From Bdellovibrionota bacterium (GTDB lineage Bacteria > Bdellovibrionota_C > UBA2361 > JAAYZI01), in the NCBI GenBank assembly GCA_050950765.1, contig JBMNIF010000001.1, positions 192,001 through 256,000 of the forward strand: 64,000 nucleotides of DNA. The letters are read 5' to 3'. A model generated the notes under the pieces. It was not told the DNA's origin and searched no databases. It was given only the letters and a program-made list of their open reading frames with translations. The position numbers were made by a program, and so were the translations under genes. Each line of letters begins with the position of its first letter. The stretch's first letter is position 1. Positions 34,036 through 43,487 of this stretch are shown here, piece by piece.

Positions 34036-34668
34036 TTAGTTGTTAATGTTGCAAGAGGGGCAGATCTTACATAGCTTACACTCATCACAGAGCGGATTTC
34101 TTGCTTTGCAGACACGACGACCGTGATAGATCAGTTGATGATGAAGATCGCGCCAACTGTCAGCAGGAAATTGTTTTGTTAAATCACCCTCAACCCCCTC
34201 TGGCGTTTTGGCGGAAGATAACCCTAAACGGTTTGAAACTCTAAGTACGTGCGTATCAACCGGCATTGCTGGTCTAATCCCTTTTTCACACTGTATAACA
34301 TTAGCAGTTTTTCTCCCTACCCCGTGAAGACTTATCAGATCGTCATGCTCCGTAGGTAAAGTGCCATTAAAATTTTCCATAATGCGTTTGGCAAGTTGTA
34401 CAATATTTTTTGACTTCGTCTTGTAGTAATTAACTTCACGGATTATCTCCTCAACATCTTTCTCTTTAGCAAGACTGAGCTCTTTAAAGTTACGATACCT
34501 CTTAAATAAAGAGGGTGTAACTTGATTAACTTTTTTGTCCGTACATTGAGCAGATAAGACTACTGCGATAATTAATTGATAATCGTTTTTAAAGTGTAGC
34601 TCCGAAGAAGGGTTCGGATAAAGTTCTGATAAAAGAGTTAATAACCGTTTTCGCTTTTGAGGTGTCAT
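34036..34668 (-). CDS. nth: Endonuclease III
   Basis: LSAQCTD, HhH LHGVGRKTANV, VDTHV.RV, C-x6-C-x2-C-x5-C Fe-S motif. Confidence 0.97.
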   Translation of the reverse strand: MTPQKRKRLLTLLSELYPNPSSELHFKNDYQLIIAVVLSAQCTDKKVNQVTPSLFKRYRNFKELSLAKEKDVEEIIREVNYYKTKSKNIVQLAKRIMENFNGTLPTEHDDLISLHGVGRKTANVIQCEKGIRPAMPVDTHVLRVSNRLGLSSAKTPEGVEGDLTKQFPADSWRDLHHQLIYHGRRVCKARNPLCDECKLCKICPSCNINN

Positions 34669-34715
34669 AATAGCATCTATACCGTTATTTCAACTTTTAT
34701 TAAATTAAGTAAATA

Positions 34716-34875
34716 TATAAAAAATTATTTAAGAATATTAGAAGTATCAAAAGATATCACCTCCCCCTTTTTTATCTCTGGGATTGTGCTTAAGGTTTTA
34801 GCTAACGGTGCAAAATGCGGTACTAACGGGAGGGAACGTCCGGTCCGTTTAAGTTCTAGCCGTAGATAATATTGA
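34716..34875 (-). pseudogene. Decayed duplicate of the 3' end of the phosphotransferase gene (36960-37180)
   Basis: gctaacggtgcaaaatgcggtactaacgg is identical at 34801 and 37041; flanks align with substitutions and one ~65 bp deletion. Confidence 0.85.
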
Positions 34876-35089
34876 AATAGATCCCCCCCCTTACGTATGT
34901 TAAGAGGTAGTATCTTCCATTAATAAGACGTAATTCCTTTCTTTTATCTCGATATTTTATTGCCTAATTAGGAGGGGGATTTTTGTTTTCTTTTTATCCT
35001 AAATTCCGCAATTTTTATCTTTTCTCCATTCCAGAAATAAGCCACCGTATTTTTTATTGATATTTTAGTTAGTTATATATTTTTCTATA

Positions 35090-35117
35090 TTGACATTTCC
35101 TGTTTGTATGGTATGAT
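35090..35117 (+). promoter_or_regulatory. Transposase promoter
   Basis: TTGACA, 16 bp, TATGAT with TG extension; GGGAGG RBS before ATG 35146. Confidence 0.65.
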
Positions 35118-35145
35118 TGCCCTATACATATTAGGGAGGTTTTTT

Positions 35146-36759
35146 ATGAAAAAAATAACTAAAAAAGTTGACTTACCAGATAGGCAAATTGCTCGTAAGA
35201 AAAACAAAAATGGGACTACTTATATCTATTACAGGATGAACTTTCGTCGTGAAAATGGAGAGCCTACGTTTGATGAAATAGGTATAGGGAAGCTAGATGA
35301 AAGCGGTAAGAAATTAATTCCTAATAGAAATTACTATGATTTGTTTCCAGATGATTCTAATAGATATGTTATTAGCAATAAATCTTTTGGTCTTACTTAT
35401 GTTTTAAATAAGATTGTAAAAGATTTAAGGTTAGACAAGACATTGCTTTCAATTTTTGGAAATGACACATACGAGATTTTAACTTTAGCGTTTTATATTC
35501 TAGCAAATGGAAATGTAGTATCACATGCTTCAAGTTGGATAGATGATAGTGTCTTACCATATGAAATTTCTGAATTAACAAGTCAAAAAATAAGTCGTCT
35601 TTTTGAACGTATTGACTACGAGAAAAGACTTAATTTTTTTAAGAAATGGACGAAGCGATATTTAGCTCAAGAATGTTGGTATTATGACGTAACTTCCATA
35701 TCTTCTTATAGTAAAAAAATAAGCATATTGGAGTTTGGCTATAATAGGGATATGGATAAATTGCCGCAAATAAATATAGGTATGTGCTACGGCTCTACAA
35801 CGAAGCTTCCTTTATTCTATCAAGTTTATAATGGCAGCATTACAGATAAGACATATTTTAGTTTTCTTTTAAGAGACTTTCCATTTATTAGTCTTAATAA
35901 TCGTATTAACCTTGTTACGGATCAAGGTTTTGTGACGCAAGATAATTTAGCGGAAGTAGCAAATGAAGAAGGGCAAAAGTTTGGACTACTTTGTCCTTTG
36001 CCACTATATTGGAATGACGCTAAAAGAATATTAGAAAATCACACTGCACTTATTAAGCAAGATGCTAATTATATAAAAGGAACCTCTACTTTTGGTTGTT
36101 CTGTAATAGATACTGTTATGGGACAACCTGTAAAGATTTATGTTTATTACAATATGGGAAAGGCGCCATATGAGATAGTTCAATTTTACGAGAAAATTTC
36201 TAGAATGGAAGAAGAGTTAGAAGAACTGAAAAAATTAAAATACTCTTTGCTGGATCGTAAAAAATATAGGAAATATTTTGATATTAAAATAAATGAAGAT
36301 GGTTTCACTTATGAAAAAAAATCAGAAGCTATAGATGAATACTTGAGAAATTGTGGCTTCTTAATTTTGATTGGTATTGGTTGTGATTCAAATCCGAGTG
36401 AAGCACTTTTTCGTTATCGTCAAAAAGATGTAATTGAAAAACAATTTTTCCAGCTAAAAAATGAAATTGATTTTAGAAGACTTAAAACACATAATCTTCA
36501 AACCACAGAAGGAAAACTTTTTGTTGGATTTTTAGCTCTTATACTTAGAAGTTATATTCTTAATTTACTTAAAAATGATACAAGGCAAAAAAAGTTTAAT
36601 ATACCTGATGTCATTAAAGAGCTTCAAAAAATTAAAGTTATAGAAACTAAAAATGGCAGTAAATTAATGGTTCCGTTAACAAAAAAACAAAAGGATATTT
36701 TGAAAATTTTCAATATTGAAGAAGATGACTTTCTAAAAAGTATTTTTAAGAAAAAGTAA
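35146..36759 (+). CDS. IS1634-family DDE transposase (start ATG 35146)
   Basis: YYDVTSISSYS, FGYNRD..KLPQIN, YNGSITD, VTDQGF, YRQKDVIEKQF...LK, GKLFVGFLALIL. Confidence 0.9.
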   Translation: MKKITKKVDLPDRQIARKKNKNGTTYIYYRMNFRRENGEPTFDEIGIGKLDESGKKLIPNRNYYDLFPDDSNRYVISNKSFGLTYVLNKIVKDLRLDKTLLSIFGNDTYEILTLAFYILANGNVVSHASSWIDDSVLPYEISELTSQKISRLFERIDYEKRLNFFKKWTKRYLAQECWYYDVTSISSYSKKISILEFGYNRDMDKLPQINIGMCYGSTTKLPLFYQVYNGSITDKTYFSFLLRDFPFISLNNRINLVTDQGFVTQDNLAEVANEEGQKFGLLCPLPLYWNDAKRILENHTALIKQDANYIKGTSTFGCSVIDTVMGQPVKIYVYYNMGKAPYEIVQFYEKISRMEEELEELKKLKYSLLDRKKYRKYFDIKINEDGFTYEKKSEAIDEYLRNCGFLILIGIGCDSNPSEALFRYRQKDVIEKQFFQLKNEIDFRRLKTHNLQTTEGKLFVGFLALILRSYILNLLKNDTRQKKFNIPDVIKELQKIKVIETKNGSKLMVPLTKKQKDILKIFNIEEDDFLKSIFKKK

Positions 36760-36979
36760 GATTATACCGCTCGAAAGCTACCTTTAAAAACACGTTTGTA
36801 TGGTATAATTTCGCGGGAATTCAGGTTATACCTAAATACGTATATCAAAACAGCAAAAAAGCTAACCCCTTTTATCGCTAATTTTTAAAAGATTTCTATC
36901 GGTTATAACAATATTGCTACTTCATAGTTACGTAAATTACAGAAAAGTTTGAGATAGATATAAAAAATTATTTAAGAGA

Positions 36980-38068
36980 TTAGAAGTGCCAAGGAGATGA
37001 CAGCCCCTTTTCTATCTCTGGGATTGCGCTTAAGACTTCAGCTAACGGTGCAAAATGCGGTACTAACGGAAGGGAACGTCCGATCCGTTTAAGACAACCT
37101 GGGATCCAGCTACGATAAATAGGATTTTGTACCTTCTCAGAGAGTAGATTAAATTGACCAGCTAGCCGTAGATAACGTTGAATCAGAGCTTCGTGGTAGC
37201 TGCGTCGATCTTGCAAAAGGGTAGTATTGTCAAAAAAATAGTTGGCAATTTGAGTGCAAAGATCATCTCCAAGCGCCTGATCCGCATCGCGATCATGAAT
37301 CAACGAAACGATATCGTAGGCAGCAGATCCGACTAACATATCTTGATAATCGATGGTGATAATCTCATTTTTTTGTGAAAGATGGATATTCCAAGGCATG
37401 AAATCTCGGTGCACGAGGGTGCGTGGATGCGCTGCAACACCTGCACAAAGTTCATCCAAAAGGGGCTCCAGCGAAGCGATCATGGAAGGAGGATATCTAT
37501 TTGGCTTTAAGTAGTGCTCAATAAAACGTCTACTTTCTATCTGATATTGATCAAACTCAAGGCTACGCTTGCAAGCGATACTATCTGCAGTAGTCGGGAT
37601 CTTTTGTAGTGTCAGGATAGCGTTAACGGCTTTTTTATATAGTTCGAAGGTAAAAAGAGGGGAGCTTTTTTTAGAGTCGTTGTTTTCGGTGGTGCTTAAT
37701 TTATTAAACGTAAAGTGCCAAAGGGGGAGGTCTCCTGCATCTTCTACAAGGAGAGCGTGTCTATCAGCACTTACTGCAAATATTTTCGGCACACGGTAGC
37801 CGTGACTATTTAAAAATGGGGAGAGCTCGATAAAAGCAAGGTTCGGATCGATAGGTGTTTCAGAGCAAACTACGGGACCTTTGATCTCTGTGGTGAGCAT
37901 TAAGATAACAGAAGCGATCTTTGAGTCAGTAAGAAGGACTCTTAAATAACGCCGCCCAGAGGCATCACCTGTCAGAGGTGTAATCTTAGAGATGCGTGCA
38001 GTTGAAGTAGTAACATTGCTGTTGAGTAGATCTCGTGTCAGACCATATAATTCATCGTCTATCTTCAT
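36980..38068 (-). CDS. APH-family phosphotransferase, AmgK-like (MurNAc/GlcNAc kinase-like)
   Basis: LTGDASGRRYLR, EDAGD, LVHRDF..WNI, IDYQD...G..YDIVSL. Confidence 0.8.
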   Translation of the reverse strand: MKIDDELYGLTRDLLNSNVTTSTARISKITPLTGDASGRRYLRVLLTDSKIASVILMLTTEIKGPVVCSETPIDPNLAFIELSPFLNSHGYRVPKIFAVSADRHALLVEDAGDLPLWHFTFNKLSTTENNDSKKSSPLFTFELYKKAVNAILTLQKIPTTADSIACKRSLEFDQYQIESRRFIEHYLKPNRYPPSMIASLEPLLDELCAGVAAHPRTLVHRDFMPWNIHLSQKNEIITIDYQDMLVGSAAYDIVSLIHDRDADQALGDDLCTQIANYFFDNTTLLQDRRSYHEALIQRYLRLAGQFNLLSEKVQNPIYRSWIPGCLKRIGRSLPLVPHFAPLAEVLSAIPEIEKGLSSPWHF

Positions 38069-38098
38069 GCTTCTGATTTTACCATGTCAGATTAAACT

Positions 38099-38977
38099 TT
38101 AATATCTGTTATCAGGGGCTATTTCTTGAAAAATTTCATCAAGAACATCAAAAACCATTAAATGCCCCCCCTCTGGAATCGCTTTAAATTTAGAGTGTGG
38201 AATCTTTTCTGCATTGTAACGTCCCATAGCGATCGGAACATAGCAATCATCTTCTCCGTGCCAGATAGACACTGGTATCTCTATACTATCAAGTGCAAAA
38301 CCCCACTCTCGACAGAGGAGCTCAAAATCTTTTGCTGCACCACGCACTCCGTTTTTTAGACCTTCATTGATGGGGGTGGCAACAGAGGTGTCTTTCTTCA
38401 TTTTACTTTCAAGAAGGTCCTTATCACCTTTTGACATAAAAGTTTTTAACCAATAGAACATTAAGGTTGAACTGTTTTTCCATAAAGATGCAACGACGTA
38501 AACAATAGCCGTAGTGCATTTCGGGAAAATTCGACCTGCCTTTAAAAATAGTTTGTTGATAAAAATCATACCGTCAAAAACAGCAGCACCGTCTAAAGGA
38601 GATACTCCACTTACGATATAAACTTTATCAAGTCTGTTCGGAATAAATTTGGCGCAAGCTGCTGTATAAGATGCGCCGCCTGATACTCCAAGAATTGAGA
38701 ACGTTTTAATTTCGAGAGCGTCCGCAATTTCTGTGATAGTGGCGGGAAAATCTATAACTTTTCTATCTTTTATAAAGGTTGAATTGCCATAGCCAGCACG
38801 ATCAATGGCGATTAATCGTATGTGGTATTTTTGTGCAACTTTAAGCGCTGCAAACGCCTCTTTCCTACATCCCGGGAAACCGTGAATATAAAAAACCACA
38901 GTCTCTGATGCTAAGTCTCCTAATTCTAGGATGCCGATCTCAGTGCCGTTTTTTGATTTAAAAACCCAATCTTTCAT
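38099..38977 (-). CDS. Alpha/beta hydrolase
   Basis: HGFPG, DRAGYG, GVSGG nucleophile elbow, WHGEDD, GGH. Confidence 0.9.
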   Translation of the reverse strand: MKDWVFKSKNGTEIGILELGDLASETVVFYIHGFPGCRKEAFAALKVAQKYHIRLIAIDRAGYGNSTFIKDRKVIDFPATITEIADALEIKTFSILGVSGGASYTAACAKFIPNRLDKVYIVSGVSPLDGAAVFDGMIFINKLFLKAGRIFPKCTTAIVYVVASLWKNSSTLMFYWLKTFMSKGDKDLLESKMKKDTSVATPINEGLKNGVRGAAKDFELLCREWGFALDSIEIPVSIWHGEDDCYVPIAMGRYNAEKIPHSKFKAIPEGGHLMVFDVLDEIFQEIAPDNRY

Positions 38978-39019
38978 AACTTATTTAACTCGATAAAGAT
39001 GCGCAGTAGGTGTTGCTAC

Positions 39020-39646
39020 TTAGAAATGGATCTGCTCCAGTGATAGGTTAGTCAAAGCAACCCCTTTTATGCAAGTGGCTATGGTGTAATTTGTTAAGTG
39101 ATTGATGATCTGAAAGGTGCACTCTTTAAAATCTTTTTGAGGTGTCTCCAAGAGTGAGATCTGTTCTGAAAGGTTTATACAAAAAGAAGCGGGCGCTAAG
39201 TGGAATCCAGTACCTATACACTTTAGATAGCTCTCTTTGAGAGTCCAAAATTTATAAAAAGTTTCAACACTTTTGTGGCTATTATAATATTCTAGCTCAA
39301 GAGGGTGTAAGATCTTGGCAGCGATACCGTCAAAATCTTTTATACCGTGTTTTTCAATATCACATCCGACCTCACTCTTAGCGCAGAGTAAAATAACGAA
39401 ATCGCCGCTATGAGAGAGATTGAAGTGAAGATCGCCTGAGATATACGGCTTGTTAAAATCGTTTTCTAAGATAGCGGCATCAGATCCGAAAAGGTGTTGT
39501 AAAAGTAAAGCTGCTGCCAGAGAACGTAATCTATCTTGCGGACGACGATAGCGCTGCATCTTTTGTAAACGTGCTGAAGATATTAAAGATGTATAAGACG
39601 CATCTTCAGAAAGGTCTCTTATATCAGTGTAATAAAGTGCAGGCAT
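39020..39646 (-). CDS. Sfp-type 4'-phosphopantetheinyl transferase
   Basis: KPY, HFNLSHSG, VGCDIE, FWTLKESYLK. Confidence 0.92.
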   Translation of the reverse strand: MPALYYTDIRDLSEDASYTSLISSARLQKMQRYRRPQDRLRSLAAALLLQHLFGSDAAILENDFNKPYISGDLHFNLSHSGDFVILLCAKSEVGCDIEKHGIKDFDGIAAKILHPLELEYYNSHKSVETFYKFWTLKESYLKCIGTGFHLAPASFCINLSEQISLLETPQKDFKECTFQIINHLTNYTIATCIKGVALTNLSLEQIHF

Positions 39647-39781
39647 ATAGCGCTTAGGGAAAAATCTTTAAAATATAGAGTGCTTCCGTACTTTAAATTG
39701 AGACGGTGACCTTTGCAATATCAACAAAGTGCTGGGGCGCACTACACAGTGTAAATATCAGAGCGCTAAAGTGCCTAAAAG

Positions 39782-39988
39782 TTAGGCTAAAATATCAAGA
39801 ATCTCGTCTTCTGTCTCAGCTAACTTTTTTATAACAACTGCTTGAGCCTTGACGTTCGTTGTCTGAACTTTTACATCAACGATATTTTCTGCGCCTAGAT
39901 CTCCTTTTGAGACTTTTTCTGCTGCTGTCGCAAGACGTGCCTCTGCTACTTGTAAACCTTTTAAAGCATTAGATAACGGGTCAATCAT
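39782..39988 (-). CDS. Small flagellar basal-body rod/hook-like terminal-domain protein (68 aa)
   Basis: N-terminal ALKGL...RL..AA..V helix and C-terminal KAQAVVIK...E.ILDILA helix resemble axial-protein termini; upstream sigma28-like promoter. Confidence 0.65.
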   Translation of the reverse strand: MIDPLSNALKGLQVAEARLATAAEKVSKGDLGAENIVDVKVQTTNVKAQAVVIKKLAETEDEILDILA

Positions 39989-39996
39989 GCTTGGGA

Positions 39997-40023
39997 TGAT
40001 CGGTCAACGCTGAAAAAAGTTTA
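39997..40023 (-). promoter_or_regulatory. Sigma28 (FliA)-like promoter
   Basis: Minus strand TAAA-N15-ACCGATCA versus consensus TAAA-N15-GCCGATAA. Confidence 0.6.
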
Positions 40024-40095
40024 GCTTTTAAGGCTATTTTTTATTTAGGTTAATAATAAAAATCAGCCTAGAAGTTAAAAGATTAAAGAGAGAGA

Positions 40096-40428
40096 TTATT
40101 TAAACTCCATACGGAACTCTTTGCCGTGATCTTCAAAGCCGAGCTTCAGGTATAGCTCATGAACTTTAGGGCGAGCATAACGACTTGTTGCGAGGAGTTT
40201 ATAGCAGTGACGCGCCTTTGCTTCTTCTATAATCTGTTTAACAAGGGTAGTTCCGATCCCTTGTCCTCGAAACTCTTCCTCTACAAAGACATCTTCAAGG
40301 AGTCCAAAAGGCTCAACGTGCAGGTCATTTGTCATTAAAAAGAGGGTGGCACGCCCCACCTCTTTCCCGTTTTCTAAGATAGCAATTCTGATCCCTTCTG
40401 CTTTAACAGGATCCTTTTTTATCTCCAT
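40096..40428 (-). CDS. GNAT-family acetyltransferase
   Basis: EDVFVEEEFRGQGIGT motif A, CYKL, LYLKLGF. Confidence 0.9.
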   Translation of the reverse strand: MEIKKDPVKAEGIRIAILENGKEVGRATLFLMTNDLHVEPFGLLEDVFVEEEFRGQGIGTTLVKQIIEEAKARHCYKLLATSRYARPKVHELYLKLGFEDHGKEFRMEFK

Positions 40429-40643
40429 CGGAACACTCCTCCGCCTTTTAAAAACAATCCAAAAAAATAAAGGTATTAAATCTGCGTAGTTGTACTATAT
40501 TTAAGGAAGCAATAAAAGTAACACTTAGGTTTATAAAGAGTAAAAGGGATTTTCTTTGAATAACTTTCTTTAAATCTATATAATTGCTTTATCTTTGTAG
40601 AGTGGAAGAAGGTAAGGAATTGTATTTGTAAAGGAGTTTAGCG

Positions 40644-41240
40644 ATGTTAAAGCAAGGTTCGCATAAACCGGCTGAAGGGGTGTCTGCTGAAGTGCCAGTA
40701 CAACCGGCTGAAGGGGTGTCTTTAGAAAAAGCTAGTCTTTTTGTCGCGGAGGTCGAAGGATATAGAGATGGGGAAGAAGTGGTGAAGTACCCTTGTTTAA
40801 AAAATGAGGACTACTATCAGGCTAAAACTACATCTCGATATCGGGGTGACATACTTGTAAATTTAAATACACAACTTGAAAAAATATCTGGATTAAAGCC
40901 TACGGGAGAAGTGTATTATATCGATTGCACTCCTGTTAAGAGAGGAGATATCGACTTTCCTTCTTCTTGGGTACCAGTCCTTTCTTTAAATAAAATTGAC
41001 GGATATCAAATTAATATTCCAGATAATAACGATGAAATGATCAGTTATTCTATGATTATCCAAAATACGGATTCGAACCGTATTGAGGAGATTTATAAAA
41101 ATTTACTTAAAAAGTTAGCAGAAGGTAGCATTCTTGCAGATACTGTGAATGAGGTGGCGAAAGAGGTCTCGGAGACTGGAATCGAAACGGGAGTATCTGT
41201 TTATAATTCTAAATATGGAACTATTACTATCGTCAGATAA
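40644..41240 (+). CDS. Hypothetical protein with an N-terminal PAEGVS duplication
   Basis: AAGGAG RBS, 198-aa ORF, no recognised motif. Confidence 0.6.
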   Translation: MLKQGSHKPAEGVSAEVPVQPAEGVSLEKASLFVAEVEGYRDGEEVVKYPCLKNEDYYQAKTTSRYRGDILVNLNTQLEKISGLKPTGEVYYIDCTPVKRGDIDFPSSWVPVLSLNKIDGYQINIPDNNDEMISYSMIIQNTDSNRIEEIYKNLLKKLAEGSILADTVNEVAKEVSETGIETGVSVYNSKYGTITIVR

Positions 41241-41276
41241 AAAAGACACTTAACCATCCCTTATAAAGGTAAAAAA

Positions 41277-41822
41277 TTAAAGTCGTTTAATATATAAAAT
41301 CAAGGTATTGCCGTACCGTTTTTGTCTGGATTCTGCAAAATTAGAGCAGTTAAGTGGTTTGTATTCACGGGGATCGATCTGAATAACGAGCTCTCCGTCA
41401 GGATTAAGTAGGGTAGGCTTAGCATCGACCTCAGATAAAGCTTTAAGCCAGAGCTCTTTATATTGTGGCGGTGCAACGTAAATAATATCAAAAGTTTTTT
41501 CTGTGGTGCGTAAGTAACGAAAGGCATCAATACGGTGTATCTCCGCTTGTGCAATAAGCTTAGTAGTCTCAAGATTTTTTTTGATAATCTCGCAAGCTTT
41601 ATGGTTCATCTCTGTAAAGGTGCAATAGGCAGCACCTTGACTTAAAGCTTCGATACCGATCTGTCCTGTTCCTGCAAAAAGATCTAAAAAAATTGTATCT
41701 GCTAAGGTAGGGCGTAGCGTATCAAAGAGCGCCGTTTTTACACGATTTAAGATCGGTCTGGTGCCATCACCTGGAACTGCCAAGAGTTTTCTGCCTTTTG
41801 CTTTTCCGGCTATAACGTGCAT
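41277..41822 (-). CDS. rsmD: 16S rRNA m2G966 methyltransferase
   Basis: MHVIAG.AKGRKL, TRP, LDLFAGTGQIGIEALS.GA, APPQY variant of DPPY. Confidence 0.92.
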   Translation of the reverse strand: MHVIAGKAKGRKLLAVPGDGTRPILNRVKTALFDTLRPTLADTIFLDLFAGTGQIGIEALSQGAAYCTFTEMNHKACEIIKKNLETTKLIAQAEIHRIDAFRYLRTTEKTFDIIYVAPPQYKELWLKALSEVDAKPTLLNPDGELVIQIDPREYKPLNCSNFAESRQKRYGNTLILYIKRL

Positions 41823-42052
41823 AATAATTAAACTCCTTTCGAGGTTTAAGTAATGTAATATCAGTGCTTGCCTCTTTTATTTAACCTTGAACCGTTAACT
41901 ATAACTGAGATTTTAAACTCTTTAAAGCGGCTGATCCCGTTTGTGGTGCGTTGCCGCTATACTGTTTAAATAAATATATCTTAACCCTAAAGGAAAGGTT
42001 CAAAACTTGAGGTTGGAATAATTTTTATAAATATTAAGGTGTAAATAGAACG

Positions 42053-42823
42053 GTGCCTAAAGTCAGAACGCAGATTTTTGAAGAAAGTGTTGAAGATCCA
42101 GAAGTGGGGGGCTTGCTGAAAGTATCGGAAGAGAATCTGCACCATTTGCGGGATGTATTACGGGTAAAAAATGGGGATCTGTTAAAGATAGTTATTAATT
42201 CTAAAGAGGTGGCTTTAGCTGAGGTCATTCTTGAAAAAAAGCGGATCTATGCCAAAATTTCCGAAATAAAAGAGATTGAGCGTGTTATCAATCCGATTAC
42301 TACCCTCTGTTTTGCTGTGTGTAAATCTGCACAAAATGAGTTGGTTGCTGAAAAAGCTACTGAATTAGGGGTTGAAAACATTCTTTTTTGGAGATCTGAA
42401 CATACAGGGATTAAGGTTAACGAAAAAGAGTTCGCTGCAAAAACGGTGCGGCTTAAAAAAATAGCAGAGGGGGCAGCACGACAATCCAAGCAACTTTTTA
42501 TCCCGCAGATCTTTATGAAGAATAGTTTATCAGAGGCGCTCTCTTTTGTGCAAAGTTCTTATGGAGGGGTCTTAATTTATGCTGCTTTAGAGGATAACGC
42601 TCGTTACGTTCATCAAATAGAAGCTCTGAAAAATGGGTTAGATCAGCAGCTGCACATCTTTATCGGGCCGGAAGGCGGTTTCTCTGAGAGAGAAAGAGAT
42701 TTTTTGCAAAAAACGGCGTTGCCGCTCTCTTTAGGGAGTTCCGTTTTAAAAGCGGAGACTGCTGCTATTGTAGCGATCAGTCAGCTACAAGCTTTTTGTC
42801 GTATCTCTGAGACCTCTTTGTGA
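42053..42823 (+). CDS. rsmE: 16S rRNA m3U1498 methyltransferase
   Basis: HHLRDVLR, EKATELGV, AARQS, IGPEGGFS, LG..VLKAETA. Confidence 0.95.
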   Translation: MPKVRTQIFEESVEDPEVGGLLKVSEENLHHLRDVLRVKNGDLLKIVINSKEVALAEVILEKKRIYAKISEIKEIERVINPITTLCFAVCKSAQNELVAEKATELGVENILFWRSEHTGIKVNEKEFAAKTVRLKKIAEGAARQSKQLFIPQIFMKNSLSEALSFVQSSYGGVLIYAALEDNARYVHQIEALKNGLDQQLHIFIGPEGGFSERERDFLQKTALPLSLGSSVLKAETAAIVAISQLQAFCRISETSL

Positions 42824-43477
42824 TGTGGTGTCAGGAGTAAAATTAAAAAGTGAGAGAAAGTTTTTAATGATAAGGTTTTCTACTTCAGAGAAATCTACCG
42901 CACGGTCTGTTTCTTCTGAGATTGAAGTCATCTGAATATCGTTAAAGCCGCACGGATTGATCAACTTAAATTTATCAGATGCTTTAACGTTTAAGGCAAA
43001 GCCGTGTAGGGTACACCACTTTGAGATGCGTACACCGATAGAAGATATTTTTTTACTCTCTGAAAGCCAGACCCCTGTGCGATCTTTTAAACGGATGCCG
43101 TTAATGTTGAAGGCAGCTAGCGTTCTTATTACTGTCTCTTCAAGGTTATAAATATAACGATGCACACCACGTTGCTGTAACTTTTCAAGGTTAATGATGG
43201 GGTAGCAAACGATCTGCTCCGGTGTGTGTAGTGTAATATCACCGCCACGTTCAATCTTTATAACCTCTATGCCGAGAGTTTTTAAGGTTTCGTTTGTGAC
43301 GAGGATGTTTTTTGTATCACCACGTCGTCCCAATGTTATGATAGGGTTGTGGCGGCATAAGATAAGGGTATTGAAATCTATGCCGCGCATTAAATCTGCT
43401 TGAAGGCGACGTTGAAGTTGTAAGACGGTAGTGTAATCTGTCAGCCCCAACTGTTTAATAACGAGATTATTTAACAA
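42785..43477 (-). CDS. lipB: Lipoyl(octanoyl) transferase
   Basis: H.PIITLGR, RGGDITLH.P.Q, KISSIG, HGFALNV, INPCG. Confidence 0.95.
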   Translation of the reverse strand: MLNNLVIKQLGLTDYTTVLQLQRRLQADLMRGIDFNTLILCRHNPIITLGRRGDTKNILVTNETLKTLGIEVIKIERGGDITLHTPEQIVCYPIINLEKLQQRGVHRYIYNLEETVIRTLAAFNINGIRLKDRTGVWLSESKKISSIGVRISKWCTLHGFALNVKASDKFKLINPCGFNDIQMTSISEETDRAVDFSEVENLIIKNFLSLFNFTPDTTSQRGLRDTTKSL

Positions 43478-43487
43478 ACCTATCCCT

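Larger units (their letters stand above)
34998..36825 (+). mobile_element. IS1634-family insertion sequence
   Basis: Imperfect TIRs cctaaattccgc (34998) / gcgggaattcagg (ends 36825); TTAT flanks both sides (possible 4-bp TSD); single transposase; AT-rich. Confidence 0.8.

Noticed and set aside
34716..37180. DGR template/variable repeat pair
   Set aside because: Mismatches are mixed transitions plus indels, not adenine-specific, and there is no reverse transcriptase in the window.
40666..40721. gctgaaggggtgtct duplication in the 198-aa ORF as an array remnant
   Set aside because: Only loose similarity to the core flank; a simple in-frame duplication is sufficient.
42785..42823. 39-bp convergent overlap of rsmE and lipB
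   Set aside because: Short 3' overlaps of convergent genes are common.
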